A stretch of 64,000 bases of DNA from Patescibacteria group bacterium (GTDB lineage Bacteria; Patescibacteriota; Minisyncoccia; UBA6257; 2-01-FULL-56-20). Each line of letters begins with the position of its first letter. Position 1 is the stretch's first letter. The translations under genes were made by a program, and so were the position numbers. The notes beneath the pieces are model-generated. The model saw nothing but the letters and a program-made list of their open reading frames with translations. It was not told the origin of the DNA and made no database searches. Below are positions 18,875 to 28,372 of this stretch, one piece after another. The stretch covers positions 92,325 through 156,324 of the forward strand of contig JAGXBC010000003.1 of assembly GCA_018971305.1 (NCBI GenBank), written 5' to 3'.

Positions 18875-19846
18875 ATGAAGAAAGAAACGCTCCTAATAAT
18901 TATCTCCCTTCTAATCGTTGCTGGTTTCGGTTTATTGTGGGAGTTCACAAACAAGAACGTGTCGGCACCTCCTGTGGTGTGCAGCATGGAAGCGCTGCTT
19001 TGTCCCGATGGTTCTTATGTTGCGCGCACCGGACCAAATTGCGAGTTCGCGAAATGTCCGGGATTAAATCCAAAACCGGTTACCCAATGCCTAAAAGATT
19101 CCGATTGCCCATCGGCGAAATATACATGCGAGGCAACTCAGGGAGTAGGTACTGCTTGTTCGAGCAACGATCCATCTTGCGTTCCTACGTATAAAGTCAC
19201 CGCGGGAGAATGCAAATTAAAAGCGGGGAATGCGTGTAACACAAATTCTGACTGCTCGGCTGGAAATTTATGTCACAAAAATGTTTGTGTAAGCCCGATA
19301 GGGAGGCAGTGCGGCGGAACGGGCGATACGAGTTGCCCAACCGACTATCAGTGCACGCAAGACTGCGGTCCGCCGCTTGTAAGATACCCCGATACCACGC
19401 CCGTAACATATTCCTGTGAGCTTAAGGGCTATAACCGTCCTTGTCCGATATGTCTCGCCAAAAATACGCTAATAGACACTCCGCTCGGCGAAATTCCCGT
19501 GCAAGATTTGCATGTTGGCGCGCCGGTTTGGACGGTAACCGCTTCGGGCAAGCGCGTTGCGGGAGTCGTGGCCGAGGTCGGAAAAACTCCGGTTCCTCCG
19601 GACCATAAAATGGTTGCGCTTGTTCTGAGCGACGGGCGGAAAGTTTATGCCTCGCCCGGGCATCCGACAATAGATGGCCGCACGGTGGGGAATTTGAAAT
19701 CAGGAGACTCCTATAACGGCGCAAAAGTCGTTTCCGCCAATCTCGTTTCTTACGGTGATGGCTTCACGTACGACATTCTCCCTTCCGGCGAAACAGGATT
19801 CTATTTTGCGAACGGCGTGCTGCTCGGAAGCACTCTTAAGCAATAG
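18875..19846 (+). CDS. secreted Cys-rich protein with a C-terminal Hint (Hedgehog/intein-like) domain
   Basis: Signal/TM, about 26 Cys in 160 aa, then CLAKNTLIDTPLGEIPV...GHPTIDGRTV...NGVLLGS, which resembles a Hint/BIL domain. Confidence 0.5.
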   Translation: MKKETLLIIISLLIVAGFGLLWEFTNKNVSAPPVVCSMEALLCPDGSYVARTGPNCEFAKCPGLNPKPVTQCLKDSDCPSAKYTCEATQGVGTACSSNDPSCVPTYKVTAGECKLKAGNACNTNSDCSAGNLCHKNVCVSPIGRQCGGTGDTSCPTDYQCTQDCGPPLVRYPDTTPVTYSCELKGYNRPCPICLAKNTLIDTPLGEIPVQDLHVGAPVWTVTASGKRVAGVVAEVGKTPVPPDHKMVALVLSDGRKVYASPGHPTIDGRTVGNLKSGDSYNGAKVVSANLVSYGDGFTYDILPSGETGFYFANGVLLGSTLKQ

Positions 19847-19876
19847 GATTAGCTTGTTAATAAACTTGACCCTACC

Positions 19877-21052
19877 GTGTATGAATGGGAGAATTTACCC
19901 AATATGACAGGACCATATTCGGCAACATTTAAAAACGGCAAGAAAATTATTAATTACAAAGGAAATAAAGTTTGGCCCAAGATCGGCGATGTGGCAGCCC
20001 GCAAGTTTAGTCCGGATATAGCGGAAGAACGGTTGGAGGCGATTGTTAAAGAAAAAAGATTTTTTCATCTGCATAAAATAGACGACGCTATTTTCAAATC
20101 CGCCGTAGATTTTTTCCGATTACTTGGTGCCGAGTGGTGCAATTTGCCGCTCACAACGCTTATGATATCTTCTCCTGGAGAAGTTTATGCCGGAAAGAAG
20201 TTGAACTATACGACCGATACCCTGCCCGTTGAACTTTCCTGGTTCGGAAATAAAAGAAAGATATTCCTCTCGGAAAGTTCTCAATTTTATCTGGAACTGC
20301 GCCTTCTCATAGATAAAGTGGACAAAGTATTCTCTATCTACAATTCTTTCCGAAAAGAGCCTGCGGATTTTTGCCACCTTTCGGAGTTTCAGCATTTGGA
20401 ATTTGAGGGTAAAGTGGGTTTTAATGAGAATATTTCCGTTTTTCTCGGTTTGCTACGACATATAACAGGATATCTTATCAGGCACAACCGGAAAGACCTC
20501 GGCTTTTTCCTTACGCCCGGTGAAATATCTTCACTCACGAAAACTTTCGATAAAAAGAATATTGCTGTTCTTACTCTGCGCGAAGCATTACAATTGCTTT
20601 TCGATGCCACGGGCGACAAAGCATACCGGGAGTTTTCTTTGCGGCATTTTGGCGCCTGGGAAGAAATAAAAATTACCGAGCTTTTGGGCAAGCACGTTCT
20701 GCTTACGGAATATCCGGTTTTGCAGATACCGTTTTACCATAACGGTAAGAAAGTCGCTCCCGATGGCTTGCGCTTGGCCGAGAACGCCGATCTTATTTTA
20801 TACGGATACAGGGAAACGGTAGGCAGCGGTACGCGTATAACCGATAAAAAAGTGCTGGCGCGGAAAGCGAAAGAGTTCAATTTGCCGCTTGCGGATTACG
20901 GGTATTACCTCAAAATGAGAAGTTTTAAGAATTATAAAAAGACATCCGGATTCGGTTTGGGTTGGCAGCGTTATGTCCAGTGGTTGTTGAAGATGCCTTA
21001 TATTTGGGAAGCAGCCCATATTCCGCGCGGACATCATCTGCCTCGACCGTGA
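19877..21052 (+). CDS. class II aminoacyl-tRNA synthetase-like catalytic-domain protein (AsnA/AS-AR or AsxRS paralog) with no anticodon-binding domain
   Basis: Motif 2-like FRKEPADFCHLSEFQHLEFE and motif 3-like GFGLGWQRYVQWLL. Confidence 0.5.
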   Translation: MYEWENLPNMTGPYSATFKNGKKIINYKGNKVWPKIGDVAARKFSPDIAEERLEAIVKEKRFFHLHKIDDAIFKSAVDFFRLLGAEWCNLPLTTLMISSPGEVYAGKKLNYTTDTLPVELSWFGNKRKIFLSESSQFYLELRLLIDKVDKVFSIYNSFRKEPADFCHLSEFQHLEFEGKVGFNENISVFLGLLRHITGYLIRHNRKDLGFFLTPGEISSLTKTFDKKNIAVLTLREALQLLFDATGDKAYREFSLRHFGAWEEIKITELLGKHVLLTEYPVLQIPFYHNGKKVAPDGLRLAENADLILYGYRETVGSGTRITDKKVLARKAKEFNLPLADYGYYLKMRSFKNYKKTSGFGLGWQRYVQWLLKMPYIWEAAHIPRGHHLPRP

Positions 21053-21064
21053 TATTATTGAACA

Positions 21065-21904
21065 ATGGACAAAAAAGAATTCAATAATTTTTTTCGCCCC
21101 TACTCGCGCAACGTAGACAATGCCCAAGGCGTCGGTTTTTGGAAATTGTCGGATTCCATAATTATGGAGCTTATAGGTAAGTATCTGCGCGGACACGTTG
21201 ATAAGAAAAGCGTTATCCTAGATGCCGGCGGCGGAACGGGAAGGTGGGCAATAAATATGAGTAGAAAATTTCCGAGCCGGTTTATTGTCTACGATCTTTC
21301 AGAAGACATGCTAAACCAGGCGGCTAAAAACGTCGCACGAGTTCGCCTGCAAAATCGCATAGGTTTGGTGCGTGGCAATCTTACGGACATGAAGCTCATC
21401 AAAAGCAACTCTATTGATTTCGTAACCAGCATTTATAATCCCATAAGCTTTGTGGATAATCCCCGGAAAGCTTTTCGCGAGATATTCCGCATTTTAAAAC
21501 GAGGCGGTCAGGCACTCATTATGGGGCAGGGCTACCACAATGCTATTGCTTCTAAGATGAACAACTATGCCGCTCCAGCGAAAGAAATACATGAGTTAGG
21601 GAAGACAGCTTTCGTAAAATGGGCGCAGCAGGTTCCAAAACTTAAAGTTTTTTCCAGGGAGTCGCTTTCCGCCGATATGTCTTCTGCTGGTTTTAGAATA
21701 GCAGGTTCTTACGGCGTTCCGGTTTTTTCCCAACCTGGCATGGAAGATTTTGATCCTCTAAACATCAAGCGGAGCAAGGTTTCCAAAGCGCTTGATAATC
21801 CGGTTTTCTTTAAGGAGGCCTTGAAATTAGAGATGAAGCACAATGGTGACCCTGATATAGTTAATAGGGGAGTTAATATTTTTATCGTCGGCAAAAAGCA
21901 ATAG
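21065..21904 (+). CDS. class I SAM-dependent methyltransferase
   Basis: Motif I VILDAGGGTGRWA. Confidence 0.7.
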   Translation: MDKKEFNNFFRPYSRNVDNAQGVGFWKLSDSIIMELIGKYLRGHVDKKSVILDAGGGTGRWAINMSRKFPSRFIVYDLSEDMLNQAAKNVARVRLQNRIGLVRGNLTDMKLIKSNSIDFVTSIYNPISFVDNPRKAFREIFRILKRGGQALIMGQGYHNAIASKMNNYAAPAKEIHELGKTAFVKWAQQVPKLKVFSRESLSADMSSAGFRIAGSYGVPVFSQPGMEDFDPLNIKRSKVSKALDNPVFFKEALKLEMKHNGDPDIVNRGVNIFIVGKKQ

Positions 21905-21914
21905 GTAATCAACT

Positions 21915-22928
21915 ATGCCACTTATTATTCCCGAAAAATTAAAAAAAGGAGATACGATTGGCATCGTGAGTCCGTCCGCTGGTCTCGCGACTTTTGCTAT
22001 GCATAGGCTGGACAAGGCAAAAAGCGCCCTGGAAGAGCTTGGCTATAAGATCAAATTCGCCAAAAACGCCCTAAAGAATTCCGGCTATATTTCGGCTTCG
22101 GTTGAAGAGCGTCTGGAAGATATCCATGACATGTTCTCGGACAAAGAGGTGAAGATGATAATGTGCGCCATCGGCGGCAATCACAGCAATCAGCTCATAA
22201 AACATTTGGACTATGGGCTTATCAAAAATAATCCGAAGATATTTATCGGTTATTCGGACATTACCGTTCTCCACTACGCCATCCAGTCGCAGGCGGGCCT
22301 CTCAACCTATTATGGCCCCTGCGCTATGACTCAGTTCGGAGAATTTCCCAAAATTTTGGATTACACCCTCAAATATTTTGAATACGAAGTCACCGATTCC
22401 GGCGGGAAGGATACCTACAAAATAGAGCCCTCCGAAACATGGACGGAAGAATTTTTGGATTGGTTCAAAAAAGAAGATATTAAACGTCCCCGCGAGCTCA
22501 AAAAGAATAATGGCTATGAATGGCTCTCGCAGGGTTCGGCCGAAGGTCCGGCCCTCGGCGGCGCGATACTTTCCGTAAACCATTTGGCAGGCACAAAGTA
22601 TTGGCTTGATCCGCGCGGCACGATTTTTTTTCTGGACATTCTAAAAGAAGAAGGGCTTTTGAACGAAGCCGGCGTGGATTCTTTGCTCACCGATCTCGAC
22701 AATATGAACCTTTTCGATTCAATTAAAGGGCTTGTGGTCAGCCGTCCCGCCGGTTTTTCTGAGGAAGAAAATATACGTATTAAAAACATGGTCAGCCGCT
22801 TCGTTAAAGATAAAAAATACCCCACACTCTTTAATGCGAATGTGGGGCATGCTGATCCTATTATTACCTTGAGATACGGAAGGGTATTGCGCCTAAACTC
22901 TTCCAGCGGCGAATTATTCGCAGCTTGA
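21915..22928 (+). CDS. LD-carboxypeptidase (peptidase S66, LdcA/MccF-like)
   Basis: N-terminal GDTIGIVSPSAG nucleophile-elbow region; S66 fold and length. Confidence 0.65.
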   Translation: MPLIIPEKLKKGDTIGIVSPSAGLATFAMHRLDKAKSALEELGYKIKFAKNALKNSGYISASVEERLEDIHDMFSDKEVKMIMCAIGGNHSNQLIKHLDYGLIKNNPKIFIGYSDITVLHYAIQSQAGLSTYYGPCAMTQFGEFPKILDYTLKYFEYEVTDSGGKDTYKIEPSETWTEEFLDWFKKEDIKRPRELKKNNGYEWLSQGSAEGPALGGAILSVNHLAGTKYWLDPRGTIFFLDILKEEGLLNEAGVDSLLTDLDNMNLFDSIKGLVVSRPAGFSEEENIRIKNMVSRFVKDKKYPTLFNANVGHADPIITLRYGRVLRLNSSSGELFAA

Positions 22929-22929
22929 C

Positions 22930-24081
22930 CTAAAGCAGGAACATTCGTTGGGCAAGTTCCGAACCGAAACCGCTTGTGAAAAGAAGTTCCTTATTCCTTC
23001 TCAAAAGTTTTCTCGTCCAATCCACGGAGCCGCCGTCCGCCAAGGGAAACGTTTTGCCTTCGCGATTTCTCGCGTAGATATGCAGACAAAAATCGCTGTA
23101 GTAACCGATACCGGCTACGCGCGCCAAGTCGATTTTGAAGTTAACCCATGGGAACATGGTCTTCATAGCCGGGAATGCCATGTTTTGAAATTCCGATAGG
23201 AAGGAAATATTTCTCTCCAGCTTGTACCGGACGACCGCTTGTTGGTCCAGTGTGTCCACGTTGTCGGTTATAGCAGGAAGCGATATGCCGTATTTCTCGA
23301 AAAGCCGAAAATCGGGATTTTGCGTGTTGCGCCGGATCTCCTCTTTGTCCAAGGATATTGTTTCGGCTAAACGATCGATAATTCGGATGTCGGAAAAATA
23401 AACTGTTATATCCTGAAAGTCGTAATAGCCGGCATTCAGTTCTTCTATGAGCTTCAGATAAACGGTGAGATGTTTGGTGGCGGCTTGGATAGTAAAGTTT
23501 CTGAACGGAACGCTGCTTGCCGCAGTAGCCATGCCGAAACATCTGAAGTGCTGGGAAAATCCGCTTTCCGGCTCGAAAGGCTGTAGCCGTAAAAGGCGTT
23601 CGCTGGTGCAGATATTTACCTCTTTGGAGTTTTTCGGATCATACTTCATAAACCCCGCGCGCCGCCTTGCCGCTTCCATGGAAAGGGCAATAGTAACGTC
23701 CGCCGCCACTTCCATGTCGCGGATAGCGGAGAGTACGTTATTTTGGCTTATCATCGTGAGCGCCCCGTTCGTTCCTAAAGGACAAACGGGGGAGAGCTCA
23801 ATCGCGTCAAACTCCTTGGGGACTATTTCGTAGAGAAGATTTTCGAGACGTGTTGTTTCTCGCTGGTCCAAGCCGCTTGTTCCCACGTAGGCGTATTTTT
23901 TGTTGAAAGCCGCGATGACGCTTTCCGAGGTCTGTTTCTCCACGCGTTTGCCGTAGATATGCATAAGCAGAGAGCAAAAATCGTTTGTTGACAGCCTGCT
24001 TAGGAACAAAGCTACGTCCGGCATACCGCTTTCTTTAAGAATTCTTCGTATGATGGGTGAATCTTTGTTGTCGGTATCCAT
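22930..24081 (-). CDS. hypothetical protein with weak resemblance to a HisRS/HisZ-like class II aaRS core
   Basis: The C-terminal ADGGSVDWTRKLL...GFGSELAQRM resembles HisRS motif 3. Otherwise uncertain. Confidence 0.3.
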   Translation of the reverse strand: MDTDNKDSPIIRRILKESGMPDVALFLSRLSTNDFCSLLMHIYGKRVEKQTSESVIAAFNKKYAYVGTSGLDQRETTRLENLLYEIVPKEFDAIELSPVCPLGTNGALTMISQNNVLSAIRDMEVAADVTIALSMEAARRRAGFMKYDPKNSKEVNICTSERLLRLQPFEPESGFSQHFRCFGMATAASSVPFRNFTIQAATKHLTVYLKLIEELNAGYYDFQDITVYFSDIRIIDRLAETISLDKEEIRRNTQNPDFRLFEKYGISLPAITDNVDTLDQQAVVRYKLERNISFLSEFQNMAFPAMKTMFPWVNFKIDLARVAGIGYYSDFCLHIYARNREGKTFPLADGGSVDWTRKLLRRNKELLFTSGFGSELAQRMFLL

Positions 24082-24205
24082 TCTATCCTCCAGGATTTCA
24101 AGGAAATTTCAGATATTTATATTCGGAATCTACTAAGATAATCAAAGCATAATATACAATCGCCGGTCAATAATTTACATTTAACACTTACCCCCGCAGT
24201 AACGG

Positions 24206-24556
24206 GTGTGTGGGAAAATCCAAAAAGGTTATAATATATTTAAACACTTAGTTTTTATGCTCAAAGAATTTGCCAAGTTCCTCAAGGAGTTTAATGTCTT
24301 TGCTTTAGCCGTAGCGTTCATTATGGGCACGGCATCAACCACGCTTGTTAATTCTCTCGTCAAAGATATTTTGATGCCGATAGCCGCGCCCTTGATGTCT
24401 GCCGAGTCGTGGAACGAAGCGACGGCGAGCATCGGCCCCGTAAAGATCGCCTACGGCTCGTTCCTCGCAGAGTTTATTAATTTTATAATTCTCGCAGCCA
24501 TCATTTTTGTTATAGCGAAAAAAATCCTCAAGATAGAAAAAGAGGAGAAAAAATAG
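24206..24556 (+). CDS. mscL: large-conductance mechanosensitive channel
   Basis: FKEFxxxGNVxxLAVAFIMG followed by LVxDILMP, which is the MscL signature. Confidence 0.8.
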   Translation: MCGKIQKGYNIFKHLVFMLKEFAKFLKEFNVFALAVAFIMGTASTTLVNSLVKDILMPIAAPLMSAESWNEATASIGPVKIAYGSFLAEFINFIILAAIIFVIAKKILKIEKEEKK

Positions 24557-24557
24557 A

Positions 24558-25211
24558 ATGTCATTACTCTACATGACCCGGCAGTTCAGCGGAGAAAGTA
24601 AACGCGCTGCAATAACAGAAATTTTAGACGGCGCGATTCCAGATCGCGATTTTTACCTCTTGGTTATTGGCGCGGTGGCTTTCGCTCTCTGCGCAATTTT
24701 TACAGACAGCATCGCCGTTCTCATAGCGAGTATGATAGTGGCGCCTTTGGCGTCTCCAATCCTTGCGCTGGGGCTTGGTCTTGTCGTTCTAGATATGCGC
24801 CTCGTCATTCGTTCCATAGGAATGCTTGCCGTGTCACTCATTGCCGCAATTTCGCTCGCCTGGCTCGGAACGCTTCTTTTCGGATATGTGCGCGTTGACC
24901 CGATTTTTATCTCGTTCGGAGGAAATCTTTATGTCGCGACAATAATTGCCCTTATCGCCGGAGCAATAGCCGCCTATGGATTTGTGCGCGTGAAAGTTGG
25001 AAACGCGATGACGGGCATCGGTATCGCCGTCTCCTTAATGCCGCCCTTGGTTGCGACTGGTGTCGGTATCGCCGACGCCGATTGGGCTTTTGCCGGCCAA
25101 ACATTCACAATTTTTATTTTAAACGTCATTGGTATTCTCGTCGCGAGCGCCATTGTCTTTACGTTATTTGGCATACAAAAAGAATATCGCGTGATGCGCC
25201 GCCATAATTAA
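24558..25211 (+). CDS. DUF389-like polytopic membrane protein
   Basis: Six predicted TM helices with a Gly/Ala-rich membrane core. Confidence 0.4.
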   Translation: MSLLYMTRQFSGESKRAAITEILDGAIPDRDFYLLVIGAVAFALCAIFTDSIAVLIASMIVAPLASPILALGLGLVVLDMRLVIRSIGMLAVSLIAAISLAWLGTLLFGYVRVDPIFISFGGNLYVATIIALIAGAIAAYGFVRVKVGNAMTGIGIAVSLMPPLVATGVGIADADWAFAGQTFTIFILNVIGILVASAIVFTLFGIQKEYRVMRRHN

Positions 25212-25244
25212 TGCGTAGCGCGATACACATCAAATAAATAGATA

Positions 25245-27602
25245 ATGAAAAATCTTTTTAGAAACTTCGGTATACTTATGGCCGGGCTTTTGCTCATATT
25301 ACAGCCCTTTGTTGTTTTCGGACAGCTCGCTACGCCAACCATGGAGACGACGACCACAACCGCGACGGCTCCCGAACACACGAGCACCATGCCAACAACC
25401 GAACCGGCGCCAGACACAACCCCGCCCATCATCCTTTCAATTACTGCTATCTCGGTGGATCCCGGGCAAACGAACGTCGTTTGGACAACGGACAAGCTTT
25501 CTTACGGCTGGGTTGAATTCGGCCCGACCATCTCCTACGGCGCGCAAACCGCGCAAAGCGGGCCTTCGCTTGAACACATCGCGATGCTAACAGGCCTTGA
25601 TGTTGGCTCGGAATATCACTACCGCATCGTCGCGGTGGACGAAGCGGGCAACAAAACGTATTACGAGAGCCACACTTTTGTTACGGCAAGCGAACCAGTG
25701 TTTGTGGATGAAACGCCGCCTTCTATCACGAGCGTTGAAATTTTGGATACTTCAACTTCAAGCGCCACGTTTTCCATAGCAACGGACGAGCCGGCGATAA
25801 CAAAAATAGAATACGGCACGACGGAAAATTACGGTTCCTTCACTCCGTCGAGCAGTGAATTTGATATCGCGCATATTACAACTATCGCGAACCTTAAACC
25901 CGGAACGGTCTACCACTACCGCGTTATCGCCGAGGACGAAGCGGGGAACGCGACAGCTTCTTTTGACGACACTTTTACAACCGATTCGCTCCCGGTCGTT
26001 TCTCCGTCGGCAGAGCCCACTTCTTCCGAACCGCTCGCCATTATTCAGCCGGAAGCGGTGGTCATCGGCACTTCCACTGTAACTATCGCCTGGAGCACTA
26101 ACAAAGATGCCGACGGGCGCATCGATTACGGCGCTACAAACACGTATGGTTTGAATATCTCAACAACCACGCAAGCGCTTTCCCACCGCTTAACGCTCAA
26201 GGGGCTTTCTCCGGGAACGGCATATTTATATCAGATAACCGCCCGCACGGCATCGGGTGAAATCGTGAAAGTGGGGGAGCTTGAGTTCACAACCTTGCCG
26301 CAAGTGATCGCGCCCGCTGAAACCGGGCCGGTGCTTTCCGGAATCACGGCGCATTCTGTCGCCGCCTCAACGGCAACCATTTCCTGGAACACGGACACGC
26401 TCGCCGATTCCACGGTGCGCTACGGAACAACGACCGCCTACGAAGCGGGGGCGGCGCACGATGCCACGCTCAAAAATAGTCACGAAATTTTTCTCGCCAA
26501 TTTGATGTCGGCTACGACATATCATTTTGAAGTTATCTCAGCCGACGCCTTAAAAAACACCGCCATTTCCAAAGATTTTACATTCACCACGGCTTCGTCC
26601 GGAGTAACCTCGCCGCCGATAGCGAGCACGAGTACCGTTGCCACAAGTAGCGTCAAGGAGCCCGCGATTCCTCCGCAAAATGAAATCCAGACCGGTACGC
26701 CGAATCTAAAAGTTCCGGAGGCAGCCCGCCGCGCTATTTTGGCTACGGGCGCGAAGATTCCCGATCTCCCGTCAACTCCGAGAGTTTTAAAAACCGAGGG
26801 CTTGGACGGACAGGCCGCTTTCATCTGGAACACTGCAGGCGCGCCGAGTACATTCCAGGTAAGAGTCGTCCGCAACACGAGCAATTCTCCCGGGCACGAA
26901 AATGACGGCGTGGTTGTCTACGAAGGGCGAGCCGGCGCTTTTACGGACACGAATTTGAATAACGGCCAAACTTATCACTACGCGATTTACATAACAAGCA
27001 AATTCCGCGGCATCTCGGAGCCGCACAGAGTGGTCGTTACGCCAACTCTGGGAAACGACCAGGTTAGCTTGCAGGCGGTGTCGTCGGAAATCCAGCTTAC
27101 TCCAACGTTTACGTTTGAAAATGACCTCGGCCCTGGAGCACAGAGCCGCAAAGTGGCGCAACTTCAGCTTCTTCTTGCCGAAGACGCGAATATTTATCCG
27201 CAAGGCCTCATCACAAGCTACTTCGGAGCGCTAACGCAAAACGCTCTCAGGCGATTCCAAAAGCAAAATAATCTTCCTGCAACCGGTTTTGCCGATGCTC
27301 CGACTCGCGCCGCGCTTGAGGCGGAGTCAAGCAGGCCAGCGCTTATTCTGCAGTCGCCGTTCTCTCGCGAGCTTTCTTTGGACAGCGAAGGTTCGGATGT
27401 GGCCGCGCTCCAAATGTTTTTGCATGATGCCGGATATTATCCCGAAGCCTTGTTCACAGGATATTTCGGCCCGTTAACCCAGGCCGCGCTTGTAAAATTC
27501 CAGAGCGCGAACGCCATCCGGCCCGCGAGCGGATACTTCGGTCCCGTCAGCAAAAAACGCGTGCTCAATCTAATGCGGTTGCGGGGCGTGTCGTTGCCTT
27601 GA
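25245..27602 (+). CDS. secreted multi-FN3-domain protein with two C-terminal peptidoglycan-binding (PG_binding_1-like) repeats
   Basis: Signal peptide, a Thr/Pro linker, at least four repeats with YHYRVIAxDEAGN (FN3), and two LxxxGYYxGxxxGYFGxxTxxAL motifs. Confidence 0.65.
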   Translation: MKNLFRNFGILMAGLLLILQPFVVFGQLATPTMETTTTTATAPEHTSTMPTTEPAPDTTPPIILSITAISVDPGQTNVVWTTDKLSYGWVEFGPTISYGAQTAQSGPSLEHIAMLTGLDVGSEYHYRIVAVDEAGNKTYYESHTFVTASEPVFVDETPPSITSVEILDTSTSSATFSIATDEPAITKIEYGTTENYGSFTPSSSEFDIAHITTIANLKPGTVYHYRVIAEDEAGNATASFDDTFTTDSLPVVSPSAEPTSSEPLAIIQPEAVVIGTSTVTIAWSTNKDADGRIDYGATNTYGLNISTTTQALSHRLTLKGLSPGTAYLYQITARTASGEIVKVGELEFTTLPQVIAPAETGPVLSGITAHSVAASTATISWNTDTLADSTVRYGTTTAYEAGAAHDATLKNSHEIFLANLMSATTYHFEVISADALKNTAISKDFTFTTASSGVTSPPIASTSTVATSSVKEPAIPPQNEIQTGTPNLKVPEAARRAILATGAKIPDLPSTPRVLKTEGLDGQAAFIWNTAGAPSTFQVRVVRNTSNSPGHENDGVVVYEGRAGAFTDTNLNNGQTYHYAIYITSKFRGISEPHRVVVTPTLGNDQVSLQAVSSEIQLTPTFTFENDLGPGAQSRKVAQLQLLLAEDANIYPQGLITSYFGALTQNALRRFQKQNNLPATGFADAPTRAALEAESSRPALILQSPFSRELSLDSEGSDVAALQMFLHDAGYYPEALFTGYFGPLTQAALVKFQSANAIRPASGYFGPVSKKRVLNLMRLRGVSLP

Positions 27603-27690
27603 GTGAGCATAATGGTTGAATAGCGGAAAAAATTGGGAGGTATAAAAGATAAGTATTGTAACCAATAGAAAATAAGATATACTAAATCTT

Positions 27691-28344
27691 ATGAGTTTTA
27701 ATGACAAAAAGTTTTCGGAAATTATTAAGAAATTAATAAAATTTAAATCTAGTACCACCCGCATACCAATCAAAGATGTAAGCTGGGAAGAGCTAATTTG
27801 GGCAACACTCGTTTTTATTTATGGAGGCAGTAATGTTGAGTGGGATTCTCAGTCTCATGAAAAAAGCGTTGACGTGAAAGCAAATATTGATAACGTTGCT
27901 GTAAAAATATCTGCAAAAGGGGGAATTATAAAAAATGAATTATTAACTATTTCCTCTTATCGTTTAACCTCGTTTAATAAACTAAAAGACAGACTGAGTT
28001 TTATTAAGAATCAACACGAAAACTTTGATTTTTATTTGATTTGCGCCAGGAACGTCGATTCTAAAAAAGGAATAACCCATTATACGATTCTCAGAGTACC
28101 ACCTACAAAGTTTGCGCCACCATCCATATTACTTACGAGGAACTGGAAAAAAACTAAGGGTGGATACGAATTAAAAATTAACCCTGGTTTCAAGGTTAAA
28201 ATAGTGTCTAAGATGTCTAATCAGTTATGGTATTCAATCCCACTAGATTACTTTTCTAACGACGAAAAACTAACTAGCGTGTCCATACCTAATGATAAAT
28301 TAGGCGATGGATTAATCGAATTTTTAAAAAACAATACGGATTAA
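27691..28344 (+). CDS. candidate type II restriction endonuclease (assigned from context only)
   Basis: Very AT-rich 217-aa ORF convergent with, and 28 bp from, the methyltransferase gene. No family motif recognised. Confidence 0.3.
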   Translation: MSFNDKKFSEIIKKLIKFKSSTTRIPIKDVSWEELIWATLVFIYGGSNVEWDSQSHEKSVDVKANIDNVAVKISAKGGIIKNELLTISSYRLTSFNKLKDRLSFIKNQHENFDFYLICARNVDSKKGITHYTILRVPPTKFAPPSILLTRNWKKTKGGYELKINPGFKVKIVSKMSNQLWYSIPLDYFSNDEKLTSVSIPNDKLGDGLIEFLKNNTD

Positions 28345-28372
28345 GGACGAAGCATTATTGGTATTTTATTAA

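Noticed and set aside
25309-26082. Arg/Pro-rich alternative-frame ORFs inside the FN3 gene
   Set aside because: These frame-shifted readings of a GC-rich, Thr/Pro-coding region have implausible composition.
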